A stretch of 64,000 bases of DNA, taken from the NCBI GenBank assembly GCA_018819225.1, contig JAHJQN010000005.1:35286-99285 (forward strand). The letters run 5' to 3'. The stretch is from Candidatus Micrarchaeota archaeon. Lineage in GTDB: Archaea; Micrarchaeota; Micrarchaeia; Norongarragalinales; SBBD01. The translations under genes and the position numbers were made by a program. Each line of letters opens with the position of its first letter. Positions within the stretch are counted from its first letter, which is position 1. This document shows, in pieces, positions 1 to 9,300 of the stretch. Below the pieces are notes generated by a model. That model was not told the origin of the DNA. It did no database searches and was given only the letters and a program-made list of their open reading frames with translations.

Positions 1-744
1 ACGTGCGGAATGGGCGGAGGAACCGGAACGGGAAGCGCGCCCATCATCGCGGAAATCGCTAAAAATCAAGGCGCGATCGTCATAGCCATTGTGACGTATC
101 CGTTCGCGTTGGAACGCGCGCGATTAGAGAAAGCGGATGCGGGTATTGAAGCATTGAAGGCGCAAGCCGATACCATTATCGTGATTGATAACAACCGGCT
201 CGTGCAAATTGTTCCGAACCTGCCGATCGACCAGGCGTTCAACGTGGCGGACGAGATCATCGCCCGCGCCGTACGCGGCATCACGGAAACCATCACCACG
301 CCGTCACTCATCAACCTCGACTTCGCGGACGTGCGCGCCATCATGAGCAACGGAGGCGTCAGCATGATCGCCGTCGGCGAATCCAAGGGAACCGGGCGCG
401 CGGAAGAAGTCGTCAGCAACACCCTCAACCACTCGCTATTGGACGTGGACTACTCGGGGGCGACGGGCGTGCTCTTGCACATTACGGGAGGCCCGGACAT
501 GACGCTCGGAGAATGCAATCAAATCGGGGAATCGTTAACGGAGCGAGTGGATCCGAACGCGACCGTCATCTGGGGTTCGCGGTTGGACCCGAACTTTGAA
601 GGAAAAATTGAAGCGATTGCCATCTTTACGGGCATTCAGAGCCCGTACGTGCTCGGAAAAGCGGGCAAGCCCGCATCGTTTTCTGCCACGGCTTCCAGAG
701 GAAAATCGGGAAGCATGGGCATGGACGACGTCGAATTCATCTAG
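1..744 (+). CDS. ftsZ: Cell division GTPase FtsZ, 5'-truncated at window edge
   Basis: Tubulin/FtsZ signature GGGTGTG at the start of the ORF; the reading frame is open upstream of nt 10; C-terminal FtsZ-like domain. Confidence 0.9.
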   Translation, partial: TCGMGGGTGTGSAPIIAEIAKNQGAIVIAIVTYPFALERARLEKADAGIEALKAQADTIIVIDNNRLVQIVPNLPIDQAFNVADEIIARAVRGITETITTPSLINLDFADVRAIMSNGGVSMIAVGESKGTGRAEEVVSNTLNHSLLDVDYSGATGVLLHITGGPDMTLGECNQIGESLTERVDPNATVIWGSRLDPNFEGKIEAIAIFTGIQSPYVLGKAGKPASFSATASRGKSGSMGMDDVEFI

Positions 745-781
745 AATCCGGCGCCTTTGTTTTTAGAACGAGTAGCGCGAG

Positions 782-1447
782 CTATTTCGATGCGGAAAGA
801 ACGCGAGACGCGAATTCCTCGAGAGTAAAGAGCACGTGCTCTCCTTTTTTTTCCTTCTTTCGGTCCAGATAAAACGCATGCACGCCCACTTTCCTCGGAA
901 TTTGATAATCAAATTCCCAGTGATCCCCGACGTGAACGAGTTCGTGAGGTTGAATGTTAAGTTGATCCAACACGCACTGAAATCCCTGATGCTTCAATGC
1001 CTTGAAATCCGTTGGAAGCGAGTACACGTGCTGGAAATGCGCCTGCAGACCATCCACGCGAATCTTGAATTGAATGAAATCGCGCGTCGCATTCGAGATC
1101 ACGATCAACGGAAATTGTTTTCCGAGCTTTTCGAGAGCCGGAAGCGTGTCCGGATACAGGCGAATCACGTGGCTCACGTCCCGAAGGGCCTCTAAAGGAT
1201 CGGCTTTAAGTTTAAAACGTCGGAACCAGTGCCGAATGTCGTACCATTCCACGCGCTCATCTCCAACCGCCGCGAATTCCCGGTTCACGAATTGCAACGC
1301 CTCATTGAATGACAAACCGTATTGCTCGGCATACAAACGCGGGATCTCTTTCCGCCAGACCAGCGTTTCGAAATTGAGGTCTGCGAGCGTACCGTCTAAA
1401 TCAAACGAAACGTATCGGATCATAAATTCTTCCTCAATTCTCGTCAA
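782..1447 (-). CDS. HAD-superfamily hydrolase
   Basis: N-terminal FDLDGTL (DxDGT) motif I of the HAD fold; 221 aa. Confidence 0.7.
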   Translation of the reverse strand: MTRIEEEFMIRYVSFDLDGTLADLNFETLVWRKEIPRLYAEQYGLSFNEALQFVNREFAAVGDERVEWYDIRHWFRRFKLKADPLEALRDVSHVIRLYPDTLPALEKLGKQFPLIVISNATRDFIQFKIRVDGLQAHFQHVYSLPTDFKALKHQGFQCVLDQLNIQPHELVHVGDHWEFDYQIPRKVGVHAFYLDRKKEKKGEHVLFTLEEFASRVLSASK

Positions 1448-1469
1448 TCATTCATTTCCAGTTCAAGTC

Positions 1470-1937
1470 CTAGAACGAGAACTCGTCTTCGGAATAGACT
1501 TTCTCACAGTAATCGCATTGAAGCTTCAACGGCGAGTGCTCCCGTATGTGCAGGCGCGGCCGGCCTTCCTTGTTCGAGATACACGTCGGATTCGGGCACG
1601 GCACCACGTCCTCCACCACCTCCGGTAATTTCGCCTTGAATTTCTGAGCCACCACGTACCCCCGGATCACGTTCAACGTGGCACTGGGGGCCACTAAGGC
1701 AATGCGCTCTAATTCGCGTTCGGATAGCTCGCGGCCTTCGATCTTGATGATGTCCTTCAAACCCGTGCTGGAGCTGGGCACGTTCATCAGCAAACTGACC
1801 GTGGCTTGATTCGATTCATCCAACCCGAGAATGCGGGCAACGCGCAAGCTGTTTCCTTGCGGAATATGATCGATAACGATGCCGCTCTCGATTTTTCGGA
1901 CGCGCAAGAATTCGTCTTTTTGAGTATCAGGGGTCAT
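1470..1937 (-). CDS. pyrI: Aspartate carbamoyltransferase regulatory subunit
   Basis: C-terminal Cys4 zinc domain (CPNPTC...CDYC); 155 aa; stop overlaps the pyrB start (operon). Confidence 0.85.
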   Translation of the reverse strand: MTPDTQKDEFLRVRKIESGIVIDHIPQGNSLRVARILGLDESNQATVSLLMNVPSSSTGLKDIIKIEGRELSERELERIALVAPSATLNVIRGYVVAQKFKAKLPEVVEDVVPCPNPTCISNKEGRPRLHIREHSPLKLQCDYCEKVYSEDEFSF

Positions 1938-2899
1938 GAACGATCGCCTAGAATCATGGATAAAACAGCCATGCGCACCGGAACCCCGTTCGATTCCTGC
2001 TCCAAGTATTTCGCTCGGGGATCGCGATCCACTTCAACGGCAATTTCGTCGACGCGAGGCAGGGGATGCATGAGAATCGCATCCTCTTTAGCGTGCTTCA
2101 TGACCTCCAAATCGATGCGGTAAGAGGCTTTACGGTATTCTTCGGGATCCGAAATGCGCTCTTTCTGTATGCGGGTCGCATAGATGACGTCCGCGTCCGC
2201 TAAGTTCATGGAATCCAGCTCTTGCACCTTCACGAACTCCCGCAAGTCTTTCAACATGAATGAGGGCATGCGGAGCGTGGACGGCGAGTAAAACTGGAGC
2301 GTGATGCCGTCGAATTTGGATAAGGCATAGGCAAGGGAGTGAACGGTTCGTCCGTATTTCAAATCACCGGCCAGCAATACGGTGAGGCCATCCAGTTTTT
2401 TCTTGTTTTGTTGAATCGTGAATAAATCGAGCAGAGCCTGCGTAGGATGCTGATTGTTGCCATCGCCCGCGTTGATGACCGGCACGTCCGTGTTGGCAGC
2501 CGCCCATGCGGCAGCCCCTTCGTTCGGGTGCCGTATAACAAATACATCGACTTGCGTTTCAAGCGCCTTGACGGTGTCGTACAGGCTTTCCCCTTTCGCG
2601 GATGAAGAGGTTTTGGGATCGCCGAACGCCGTTTCTTCCCCGCCTAATAATCGCATCGCGGACTTGAAAGAGACGCGCGTGCGCGTCGAAGGCTCGAAAA
2701 ACAAAGAGGCCATGACCGTGCCATTTAACGTCGTCGAGCGTTGTTTCTTGCGGAACGCCACATTCATTTTTTCTGCCGTGGCGAGAACGGATTCCATGGC
2801 TTCGCGCTCCCAGTTCATCGTCGAAATGACGTCCTGACCTTTCCACGCATTCATGAATAGCCCCCTCAAGATTCGTTCAAGAGCACTAGAACATAACAA
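1934..2899 (-). CDS. pyrB: Aspartate carbamoyltransferase catalytic subunit
   Basis: STRTR carbamoyl-phosphate binding motif, HPTQ and HPLP motifs; the real start may be the internal Met (MNAWKG...) at about 2854. Confidence 0.9.
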   Translation of the reverse strand: MLCSSALERILRGLFMNAWKGQDVISTMNWEREAMESVLATAEKMNVAFRKKQRSTTLNGTVMASLFFEPSTRTRVSFKSAMRLLGGEETAFGDPKTSSSAKGESLYDTVKALETQVDVFVIRHPNEGAAAWAAANTDVPVINAGDGNNQHPTQALLDLFTIQQNKKKLDGLTVLLAGDLKYGRTVHSLAYALSKFDGITLQFYSPSTLRMPSFMLKDLREFVKVQELDSMNLADADVIYATRIQKERISDPEEYRKASYRIDLEVMKHAKEDAILMHPLPRVDEIAVEVDRDPRAKYLEQESNGVPVRMAVLSMILGDRS

Positions 2900-2934
2900 G
2901 GCAAGACAATGCTTTTAATCCTTCGGTGGACCCG

Positions 2935-4239
2935 TCAAAGCAAATCTTTCGCCACGATGCTCAGCACCTCGACTTCCCTGCGAAATTGGTGGGCGTGACG
3001 TAATGCAATGGCTTGCGCCACACTCGGCGCGAGTTCCTCGCCTTCCCGGAATCCGCGCTTGCGGGCGTACGCCAGAATCTCGTCCGATATGGTTTTTCCT
3101 GAAGACAGCATTTCGCGGAAGGGCTGCGCAAACATCGCTGAACCGTGATCTTTTTGGAAAGAGTATGCGAGCTTATGGAATGCCGTACAATACGCGCGCA
3201 CGCGTGCATCCTCTAATCCGTTCAGAGCCACCGCGGGAAGCAGCGTATTGGTGATATAGGAATGAGGAGGCACCAAGAGCACGTGGCCATCGAACTTGAA
3301 CGGTTTCCGGATGCCGTCGTCGCTGGGACGCACCACAATCTCTTTCGCGTAAATGCGCTTGAGCACGGCGTTCAAGGCCGAAGAGGCGCCTAGCAAGACG
3401 CGCGGATGATTCGCGTCCATGCCGCGTTGTTCAATGGTTCCGAGTTTGTTGATGCGAACGGGACCCCAGAAAAAATTAAAGGGATTCGCGTTGCGGACGG
3501 ATAAGGGCACTTTGCCCATCACCTCCCTAACGTTCGAAATGAATCGTTTTTTTCGGGTAGCCGTTAAATGATTCAAATCCGTCAACGTGGACGCGTAACG
3601 AGGCAAGCGGCCGAATTCCGTCAATTCGTGGTAGACTCCCGCCAAATGCGAATGCTTCAAATCGCGGTATAAGAGCATGCGCGCATCCTTTCCAACATGT
3701 CGTCCTTCATAAAAGGGCGAGGATTGCAGGAAACAACTGACTGCAGGATCCGCGGCAATCAAGAAATTGTATTGCGAGATGACGGTGCGACGCGTCTCAG
3801 GTCCCTTGTAAATGCGCAGTAGCTTATCCTTATACAACATGGCGCCTTTCGGGAGATCGATGTGAAAATGAAAACCGCATACGCGTGACGCATACTGGCG
3901 AAACGCGGGTCCTAATACCGCGTCTTGCACGCGGTACCACGGCTTGTTGACCATGAACGGCTCGGAACGACCGGGGTACGTGCCCAAAGGAAGCAGGTAG
4001 CCATCGCCTTTCAACATTTTCTCCACGCGGTTTACGTGGTAAAATAAATTGCGAATGGAACCCAGGGAACGCGCGTGGGGCATGGAATTGAATTCGAGCA
4101 TGGAGTCCCCGACTTCCATAACAAACGGTTTTCGGGACTTGAAGCGTTTATGAATCCGACGCGCCCCGTTCATGAGGTTTCCGTCATCATCAATCAGGAA
4201 TACTTCGAGTTCGAAACCTACGGTGTGTCGTTTCATCAA
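2935..4239 (-). CDS. Carboxylate-amine ligase, glutamate-cysteine ligase family 2 (YbdK/GCS2-like)
   Basis: N-terminal GFELEVFLID motif typical of GCS2 ligases; 434 aa. Confidence 0.65.
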   Translation of the reverse strand: MMKRHTVGFELEVFLIDDDGNLMNGARRIHKRFKSRKPFVMEVGDSMLEFNSMPHARSLGSIRNLFYHVNRVEKMLKGDGYLLPLGTYPGRSEPFMVNKPWYRVQDAVLGPAFRQYASRVCGFHFHIDLPKGAMLYKDKLLRIYKGPETRRTVISQYNFLIAADPAVSCFLQSSPFYEGRHVGKDARMLLYRDLKHSHLAGVYHELTEFGRLPRYASTLTDLNHLTATRKKRFISNVREVMGKVPLSVRNANPFNFFWGPVRINKLGTIEQRGMDANHPRVLLGASSALNAVLKRIYAKEIVVRPSDDGIRKPFKFDGHVLLVPPHSYITNTLLPAVALNGLEDARVRAYCTAFHKLAYSFQKDHGSAMFAQPFREMLSSGKTISDEILAYARKRGFREGEELAPSVAQAIALRHAHQFRREVEVLSIVAKDLL

Positions 4240-4305
4240 TGCCCCTCTTTTACAAAAATTGCGCGAAGGAGTATAATAAGGGAATCGGCCATCAGAAAAA
4301 AAGAC

Positions 4306-5766
4306 TCATCCTTTGACGACGCCGAGAGGCACCAATCGAGCCACGGGTTTGCTGATTCCCGCCATGTGCACGGCTTTAACGACTTCGTCCACGTCCTTGT
4401 ACGCGCCGCCCGCCTCCTCCGCCAGTGAACGCCAGGAAGTGGCGCGAACCGCCTGCCCTTTTTCCTCCATTTCTTTTTGCAATTGTTCTCCGCGGAAGCT
4501 TCGCAATGCTTGCTTACGGGACATGACCCGCCCGGCTCCATGACACGAACTCCCAAAACTTTCTTTCGCACCAGGAAGGCCGACTAAAACGTAGGAAGCG
4601 GTATTCATGCTTCCGGGAATGATCACGGGTTGGCCGACGTTCCGGTAAGCAGTGGGAATTTCTTTGCGTCCTTTCCAGAACGCACGGGTCGCCCCCTTGC
4701 GGTGGATGCACACTTCCTGCATTTTTCCGTTGACTTCGTGTTCCTCGAATTTGGCGATGTTGTGGCAAACGTCGTACACGAGCTCCATGCCCAAGGACTC
4801 CCACGACTGCTTGAAGACGGATGCAAAGGTTTCGCGGGCCCAATGCGCCATGTAATGGCGATTACAGAATGCATAGTTGATGGCCGCGCGCATTTGTTTC
4901 AAATAATTTTGGGCTTCCGGAGAGGAAACGGGCGCGCAGCATAACTCGGGATCCGGCAAAGAAATGCCGTACTTTTTAGCGGCTTGCAACATGACGCGCA
5001 AGTTGTCGTCGCAAACTTGGTGCCCGAAACCCCGCGAACCCGAGTGAATCATCATGGTAATCTGTCCTTCATGCGTCAAGCCGAACGCCTTCGCGGTTTC
5101 CGCATCATAGATGCGGTCGATTTTCTGCACTTCCGCGAAGTGGTTTCCGCTGCCGAGCGTACCGAACTGGGGTTTGCCGCGCTTGCGCGCCTTATCGGAA
5201 AGCAAGGAAAAATCCGCGCCTTCAAACACGCCGTTTTCCTCGCAATGCTCGGCATCCGCGGGCACCCCAAAACCCTGTTCGATGGGATACTGAACACCGG
5301 CCGTCACCGCCTCCTCAAGTTCTTGTTCCGTTAAGCGGACGCGTCCTTTCGTGCCGACTCCGCACGGAATGTTTTGAAAAAGCCCGTTCACGATTTCCTT
5401 GAGCCTGGGCTTCACATCCTCTTCAGAAAGACTCGTGCGCAGCAAACGCACGCCGCAATTAATGTCGTAACCCACGCCGCCCGGCGAAATCACGCCGTCC
5501 TCCATCGAAAACGCAGCCACGCCTCCAATGGGAAATCCGTATCCTTCATGGCCGTCGGGCATGACTTGAGCGGCCTCTAAAATTCCGGGCAGCTTCGCCA
5601 CATTGGATGCTTGCCAGAGCGTGCGATCCGAATGCAATTTGTTCAGCATTTGAGGCGTGGAATAAACGCGCACGGGAACGCGCATGCCGTCCACTGCAGG
5701 CGCTTCGTATACTCCGTTTCGAATGAGTTTCAAATCCATGAGGTATATCCACCGGTCGCCCATCAT
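4306..5766 (-). CDS. rtcB: RNA-splicing ligase RtcB
   Basis: GSGNHF, HNIAKFEEH, CHGAGR motifs; 486 aa; no intein insertion visible. Confidence 0.9.
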   Translation of the reverse strand: MMGDRWIYLMDLKLIRNGVYEAPAVDGMRVPVRVYSTPQMLNKLHSDRTLWQASNVAKLPGILEAAQVMPDGHEGYGFPIGGVAAFSMEDGVISPGGVGYDINCGVRLLRTSLSEEDVKPRLKEIVNGLFQNIPCGVGTKGRVRLTEQELEEAVTAGVQYPIEQGFGVPADAEHCEENGVFEGADFSLLSDKARKRGKPQFGTLGSGNHFAEVQKIDRIYDAETAKAFGLTHEGQITMMIHSGSRGFGHQVCDDNLRVMLQAAKKYGISLPDPELCCAPVSSPEAQNYLKQMRAAINYAFCNRHYMAHWARETFASVFKQSWESLGMELVYDVCHNIAKFEEHEVNGKMQEVCIHRKGATRAFWKGRKEIPTAYRNVGQPVIIPGSMNTASYVLVGLPGAKESFGSSCHGAGRVMSRKQALRSFRGEQLQKEMEEKGQAVRATSWRSLAEEAGGAYKDVDEVVKAVHMAGISKPVARLVPLGVVKG

Positions 5767-5821
5767 CGTTCAATAAAAAAGGAGAACAGATTTATAGAAG
5801 AGAGCGTATTTTAATGTTGTC

Positions 5822-6373
5822 TTGGTTATGCGCCTTCCAAAGGAAAAACCCATGTTCAGAAAACGCTTCAGTATGGTTATGGCGTTGGCGCTATTGAGTA
5901 CTGGATGCCTCATTAGCTTGGAAGGGACTCAACTTGAAAGCGATAAAACGAGTTATACCACTTCGGAAAACGTGTTGTTGAGTGCGAAAGGAGACGGATC
6001 GAAGTACGCGTGGCAAGGCAGTAATATCACGGAAATCCGGTATTATAATGCGCCGTACAACAAATGGATGGTTCTGGATTTGGGCGAGATTCCGAATCCT
6101 TATCAAGTCTGTTTGCCTTCCGGGACGTTGGTCGAACGCTTTGAGATGTACACGCCCGAAAACGAGAATTCGTGCAAGCGTCTATTGAATGCCGAATTTA
6201 GTTGGAACGGACTGCAGTTAATGAAACAAGAGCTTGATTGCAATGGCCAACCGTACACGCATTACCAGAAATTCGCGAAAAAAGGGAAATTCAAAGCCGT
6301 TCTTAAAACGTACAACGACGCCGGTTGTTCTTCGCTGAATCAAACGCTGGAAGTGGAGTTTGAGGTTCAATAG
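5822..6373 (+). CDS. Secreted or lipoprotein-like hypothetical protein
   Basis: Signal peptide with LSTGC lipobox-like motif; 183 aa; real start may be the Met at about 5852. Confidence 0.5.
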   Translation: MVMRLPKEKPMFRKRFSMVMALALLSTGCLISLEGTQLESDKTSYTTSENVLLSAKGDGSKYAWQGSNITEIRYYNAPYNKWMVLDLGEIPNPYQVCLPSGTLVERFEMYTPENENSCKRLLNAEFSWNGLQLMKQELDCNGQPYTHYQKFAKKGKFKAVLKTYNDAGCSSLNQTLEVEFEVQ

Positions 6374-6385
6374 GCGTTCAGCGCG

Positions 6386-6820
6386 CTACGCTTTCTTGAG
6401 TTTAACGCGTTCGAGGATGATGGTGGGCGAGATTTTGGTGACGCCATCCATCACCGAAATTTTCTCGTTGATGAAGCGCGTCACCTCTTCTTGGTTATGC
6501 ATCCACACTTCCATTAGCACCATGTGCTCGCCCGTTGAAGTTGCCAGATACGAGATTTCATTCAAACGGGCAAGCGCCTCCACGACTTTCAAAAACTTGA
6601 GCGGTTCGATATTCAAACCAATAAACGCCACGGAATCGAAACCGATCTTGCGAGGATCTACAATGGCTTGATACTGAAGGATCACGCCTTGTTTTTCAAG
6701 GTTTCGCACGCGATTCCGAACGGTGGCTTCGCTGACATCCAATTCCTCAGCGATCTTGAGGTATCGGACGCGACCATTTGAACGCAACGCCTTGACAATG
6801 CCTTGATCGAGTTCATCCAC
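6386..6820 (-). CDS. lrp: Lrp/AsnC family transcriptional regulator (copy 1)
   Basis: N-terminal HTH (LDxxIVKAL...VSEATVRNRV) and C-terminal RAM domain; about 85% identical to the second copy at 46720-47152. Confidence 0.85.
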   Translation of the reverse strand: MDELDQGIVKALRSNGRVRYLKIAEELDVSEATVRNRVRNLEKQGVILQYQAIVDPRKIGFDSVAFIGLNIEPLKFLKVVEALARLNEISYLATSTGEHMVLMEVWMHNQEEVTRFINEKISVMDGVTKISPTIILERVKLKKA

Positions 6821-6992
6821 GAAGAATACCCAAAGCCCCTACAAATTGCGAATTCCGCAGGGTTGATACTGAATAACGAAAAAATATAAGCATTATTCTG
6901 AATTTCTTCAGAATTATTCTAATTTTCGTCCCGTTTTCCATGAAGATTTACCGGAAATCTTAAAAAAACTATAAAATAAAAAAATTAAAAAT

Positions 6993-7024
6993 ATGAAAAT
7001 GGCACTAAAAAGTGCCAATTTCAT
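6993..7024 (-). terminator. Hairpin plus oligo-T downstream of the secreted-protein gene at 7032-7643
   Basis: 13-bp inverted repeat atgaaaatggcac/gtgccaatttcat followed, in minus orientation, by a T-rich tract. Confidence 0.4.
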
Positions 7025-7031
7025 ACTAAAA

Positions 7032-7643
7032 CTAAGTCAAATCGTACCAAATGTCGTACGCGTTGTAGTTAGGGGTCTTGGCTACAACGATCTCGTAGTT
7101 GATCCGACCGAAGCTGCTAGTAATGAAGTTGCTGAGGTTCGTGCAGAACCCATAGTTCTCCGTTCCCGCACCAGTGGAATCGAAGATGATGGCCGTGCTG
7201 CGCGAGTCCGTTGTGTTTAACACGCGCATGTTCAACGCACTCCCGCACTGTCCGTCGGATGCGGAAGAATCGAAGTGATTCGCGGTCACGTAATATCCCG
7301 TGAGAGAGAAGTTGCCGTCCGTGGTGCTGTTCGTTGAGGCGTTCACGAACGGTTCCGATGGAGTGACGCCGGTCTCAAAGAAGTACAGTACTCCTGAAGA
7401 AACGGGTTTCGTGTACAACACGTTGCCTACGGCGGTATTGTTCCGGACTTGCAGAGTCAAATTTCCGTAGAAACCAACGTACTGCTCCATGCGTCCTGTA
7501 ACGGTCAAGTTGCTGGACGTTCCGTTATCAGTTGGTGCGGCTACGTTCGTGTTATCCGATTGCTGAATGGCAAATACCATGGTCGCAGCAATAGATATTA
7601 AAAACAGAAATACTACGACGAATCTCTTATTTATATTCCTCAT
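7032..7643 (-). CDS. Small secreted N-glycosylation-sequon-rich protein, paralog A of a three-member family
   Basis: Sec-type signal peptide; more than 10 N-x-S/T sequons; 60-75% identical to the ORFs at 45947-46570 and 47403-48005. Confidence 0.7.
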   Translation of the reverse strand: MRNINKRFVVVFLFLISIAATMVFAIQQSDNTNVAAPTDNGTSSNLTVTGRMEQYVGFYGNLTLQVRNNTAVGNVLYTKPVSSGVLYFFETGVTPSEPFVNASTNSTTDGNFSLTGYYVTANHFDSSASDGQCGSALNMRVLNTTDSRSTAIIFDSTGAGTENYGFCTNLSNFITSSFGRINYEIVVAKTPNYNAYDIWYDLT

Positions 7644-7699
7644 TTCCCAACAACACCCCTCGATTTATTGATTTAGATTTAGCATATTCAAAAAAAATA

Positions 7700-7712
7700 T
7701 ACGAAAATCGTA
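7700..7712. promoter_or_regulatory. Inverted-repeat motif TACGA-N3-TCGTA upstream of paralog A (candidate Lrp operator)
   Basis: tacgaaaatcgta, plus a following T-run and about 60 nt of conserved sequence shared with the site at 47333. Confidence 0.45.
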
Positions 7713-7921
7713 ATAATATAGACATATATAAATCTTTCCATTGAGTAAATTAGCTATTATAATAAGAATAAACTAAATCAAATGTGGTTATTACGTTAAA
7801 ATAGGATAAGAATTGGATGTAAAGGGGATTAATGACGCGATGGAATAAATTGAAAGCAAGGACTCAAACGATAAGCTAAAAAGTAATCAAAGGCAATAAG
7901 GAAAGGAGGTGTAAATCGTTC

Positions 7922-8572
7922 ATGAAACTATTTATCGATACCGCTGATCTCAAGGAAATACAGGAGGCTGCACAATGGGGCGTCATTGATGGCGTCACCA
8001 CCAATCCGTCCCTGGTAGCGAAAACCGGGAACAAGGATTTCAAACAAGTCGTGCAAGAAATCACGAAGCTCATTGACGGGCCTATTTCAGCTGAAACCAT
8101 CAGTTCCGATGCCAAAGGCATGGTTGAAGAAGGACAAAAATACGCGAAGTGGCATAAGAATATCGTCATCAAGGTGCCGATGACGGAGGACGGCATTCAA
8201 GCGTGCAAGAAGCTCGCTGACGAAGGCATTCGAGTCAACGTGACCCTTGTTTTCTCAGCGAACCAAGCTTTGTTGGCAGCCAAGGCCGGAGCGTATTTCG
8301 TTAGCCCGTTTGTAGGCCGAATCGATGACGCAGGAGCTGACGGCATGCAGCTCGTTCGGGACATCGTGCAGATCTACAAGAATTACGGGTTCAAGACGCA
8401 GGTTCTCGCAGCCAGCATTCGCCACCCCGTGCACGTGCTCGATACGGCTAAGGCAGGAGCCGATGTGGCGACGTGCCCGTATAAGGTATTGAAGCAGCTG
8501 TTTCGACATCCCCTGACGGATAAGGGAGTACGCCAGTTCCTGGATGACTGGAAGAAGCTGCAGAGCGGATAG
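7922..8572 (+). CDS. tal: Transaldolase / fructose-6-phosphate aldolase family
   Basis: FIDTAD N-terminus, GVTTNPSL, catalytic Lys in the VIKVP context; 216 aa, short Fsa/TalC type. Confidence 0.9.
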   Translation: MKLFIDTADLKEIQEAAQWGVIDGVTTNPSLVAKTGNKDFKQVVQEITKLIDGPISAETISSDAKGMVEEGQKYAKWHKNIVIKVPMTEDGIQACKKLADEGIRVNVTLVFSANQALLAAKAGAYFVSPFVGRIDDAGADGMQLVRDIVQIYKNYGFKTQVLAASIRHPVHVLDTAKAGADVATCPYKVLKQLFRHPLTDKGVRQFLDDWKKLQSG

Positions 8573-9249
8573 TACAAGCAAGCGCGTTTTAGGAAAATGG
8601 CTTAAATATCGTTTCCAGAACGTGAGATCTGAAACACCCATATTTTTATGGATTTCGAAGCCCATTAAGGCAAATGACGGGTAAAACGTTAAATACTTTG
8701 AAATCAAGAATAGGTTGGGAAGAGAAAACGCAAGAAGGGTTTCGCCTCTTTTAATAAGAGGTGATGAAGATGACGATGGAAGAACTAGTGTTACTTCTAG
8801 TCCTCTTGCTCGCCGCCGTGGTCCTGATTCCGAGATTCTTCGAAAAACAAGGGTCCAGCTCGGCTTTCAAAAAAGGTGAATTACCGCGCTTCTAGTGTTC
8901 GCGCTATAAAAGGGATTGCATGGAAGGAACATTGTTTTTGGGACTGCTCGTCGCCGGATGGATTATTAGCAGCTCGGACTTTGGAGACGCTGCAGTCATA
9001 TAACCGCCCATCGGATGAAAAGGAGCGTTAGTTGCAGCATGACCGGGACCAATAAAACATCACCGCGCATCCGCGGAGAATAGTTGAATATTAGTTACCA
9101 TATATTAGTAGTAACAATCAAGGTAGGAGTATGATCTTTGAACTGATGGCCGTTGGATTCTTGGGCGTTATTCTATACTCCCCGGTCTGACCGATGACCA
9201 CGCCGGAAAAGAGAGTCCGCTCATGAAAAGCGAACTCCCGCGATACTAA

Positions 9250-9280
9250 CGACCTTTTTCAAACAAGGTCGATAAAAAAA
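9250..9280 (-). repeat. tRNA 3'-trailer hairpin motif, copy 1
   Basis: cgacctttttcaaacaaggtcgataaaaaaa; related to the sites at 11085-11112 and 52556-52586. Confidence 0.4.
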
Positions 9281-9300
9281 TCTAGGAGCATTAAAAAAAG

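Noticed and set aside
6993-7220. 75-aa plus-strand ORF starting in the AT-rich spacer
   Set aside because: Starts inside the terminator hairpin and runs antisense into the paralog A gene.
8255-8707. 150-aa minus-strand ORF overlapping the transaldolase 3' half
   Set aside because: Antisense to a conserved enzyme gene; no signal or motif.
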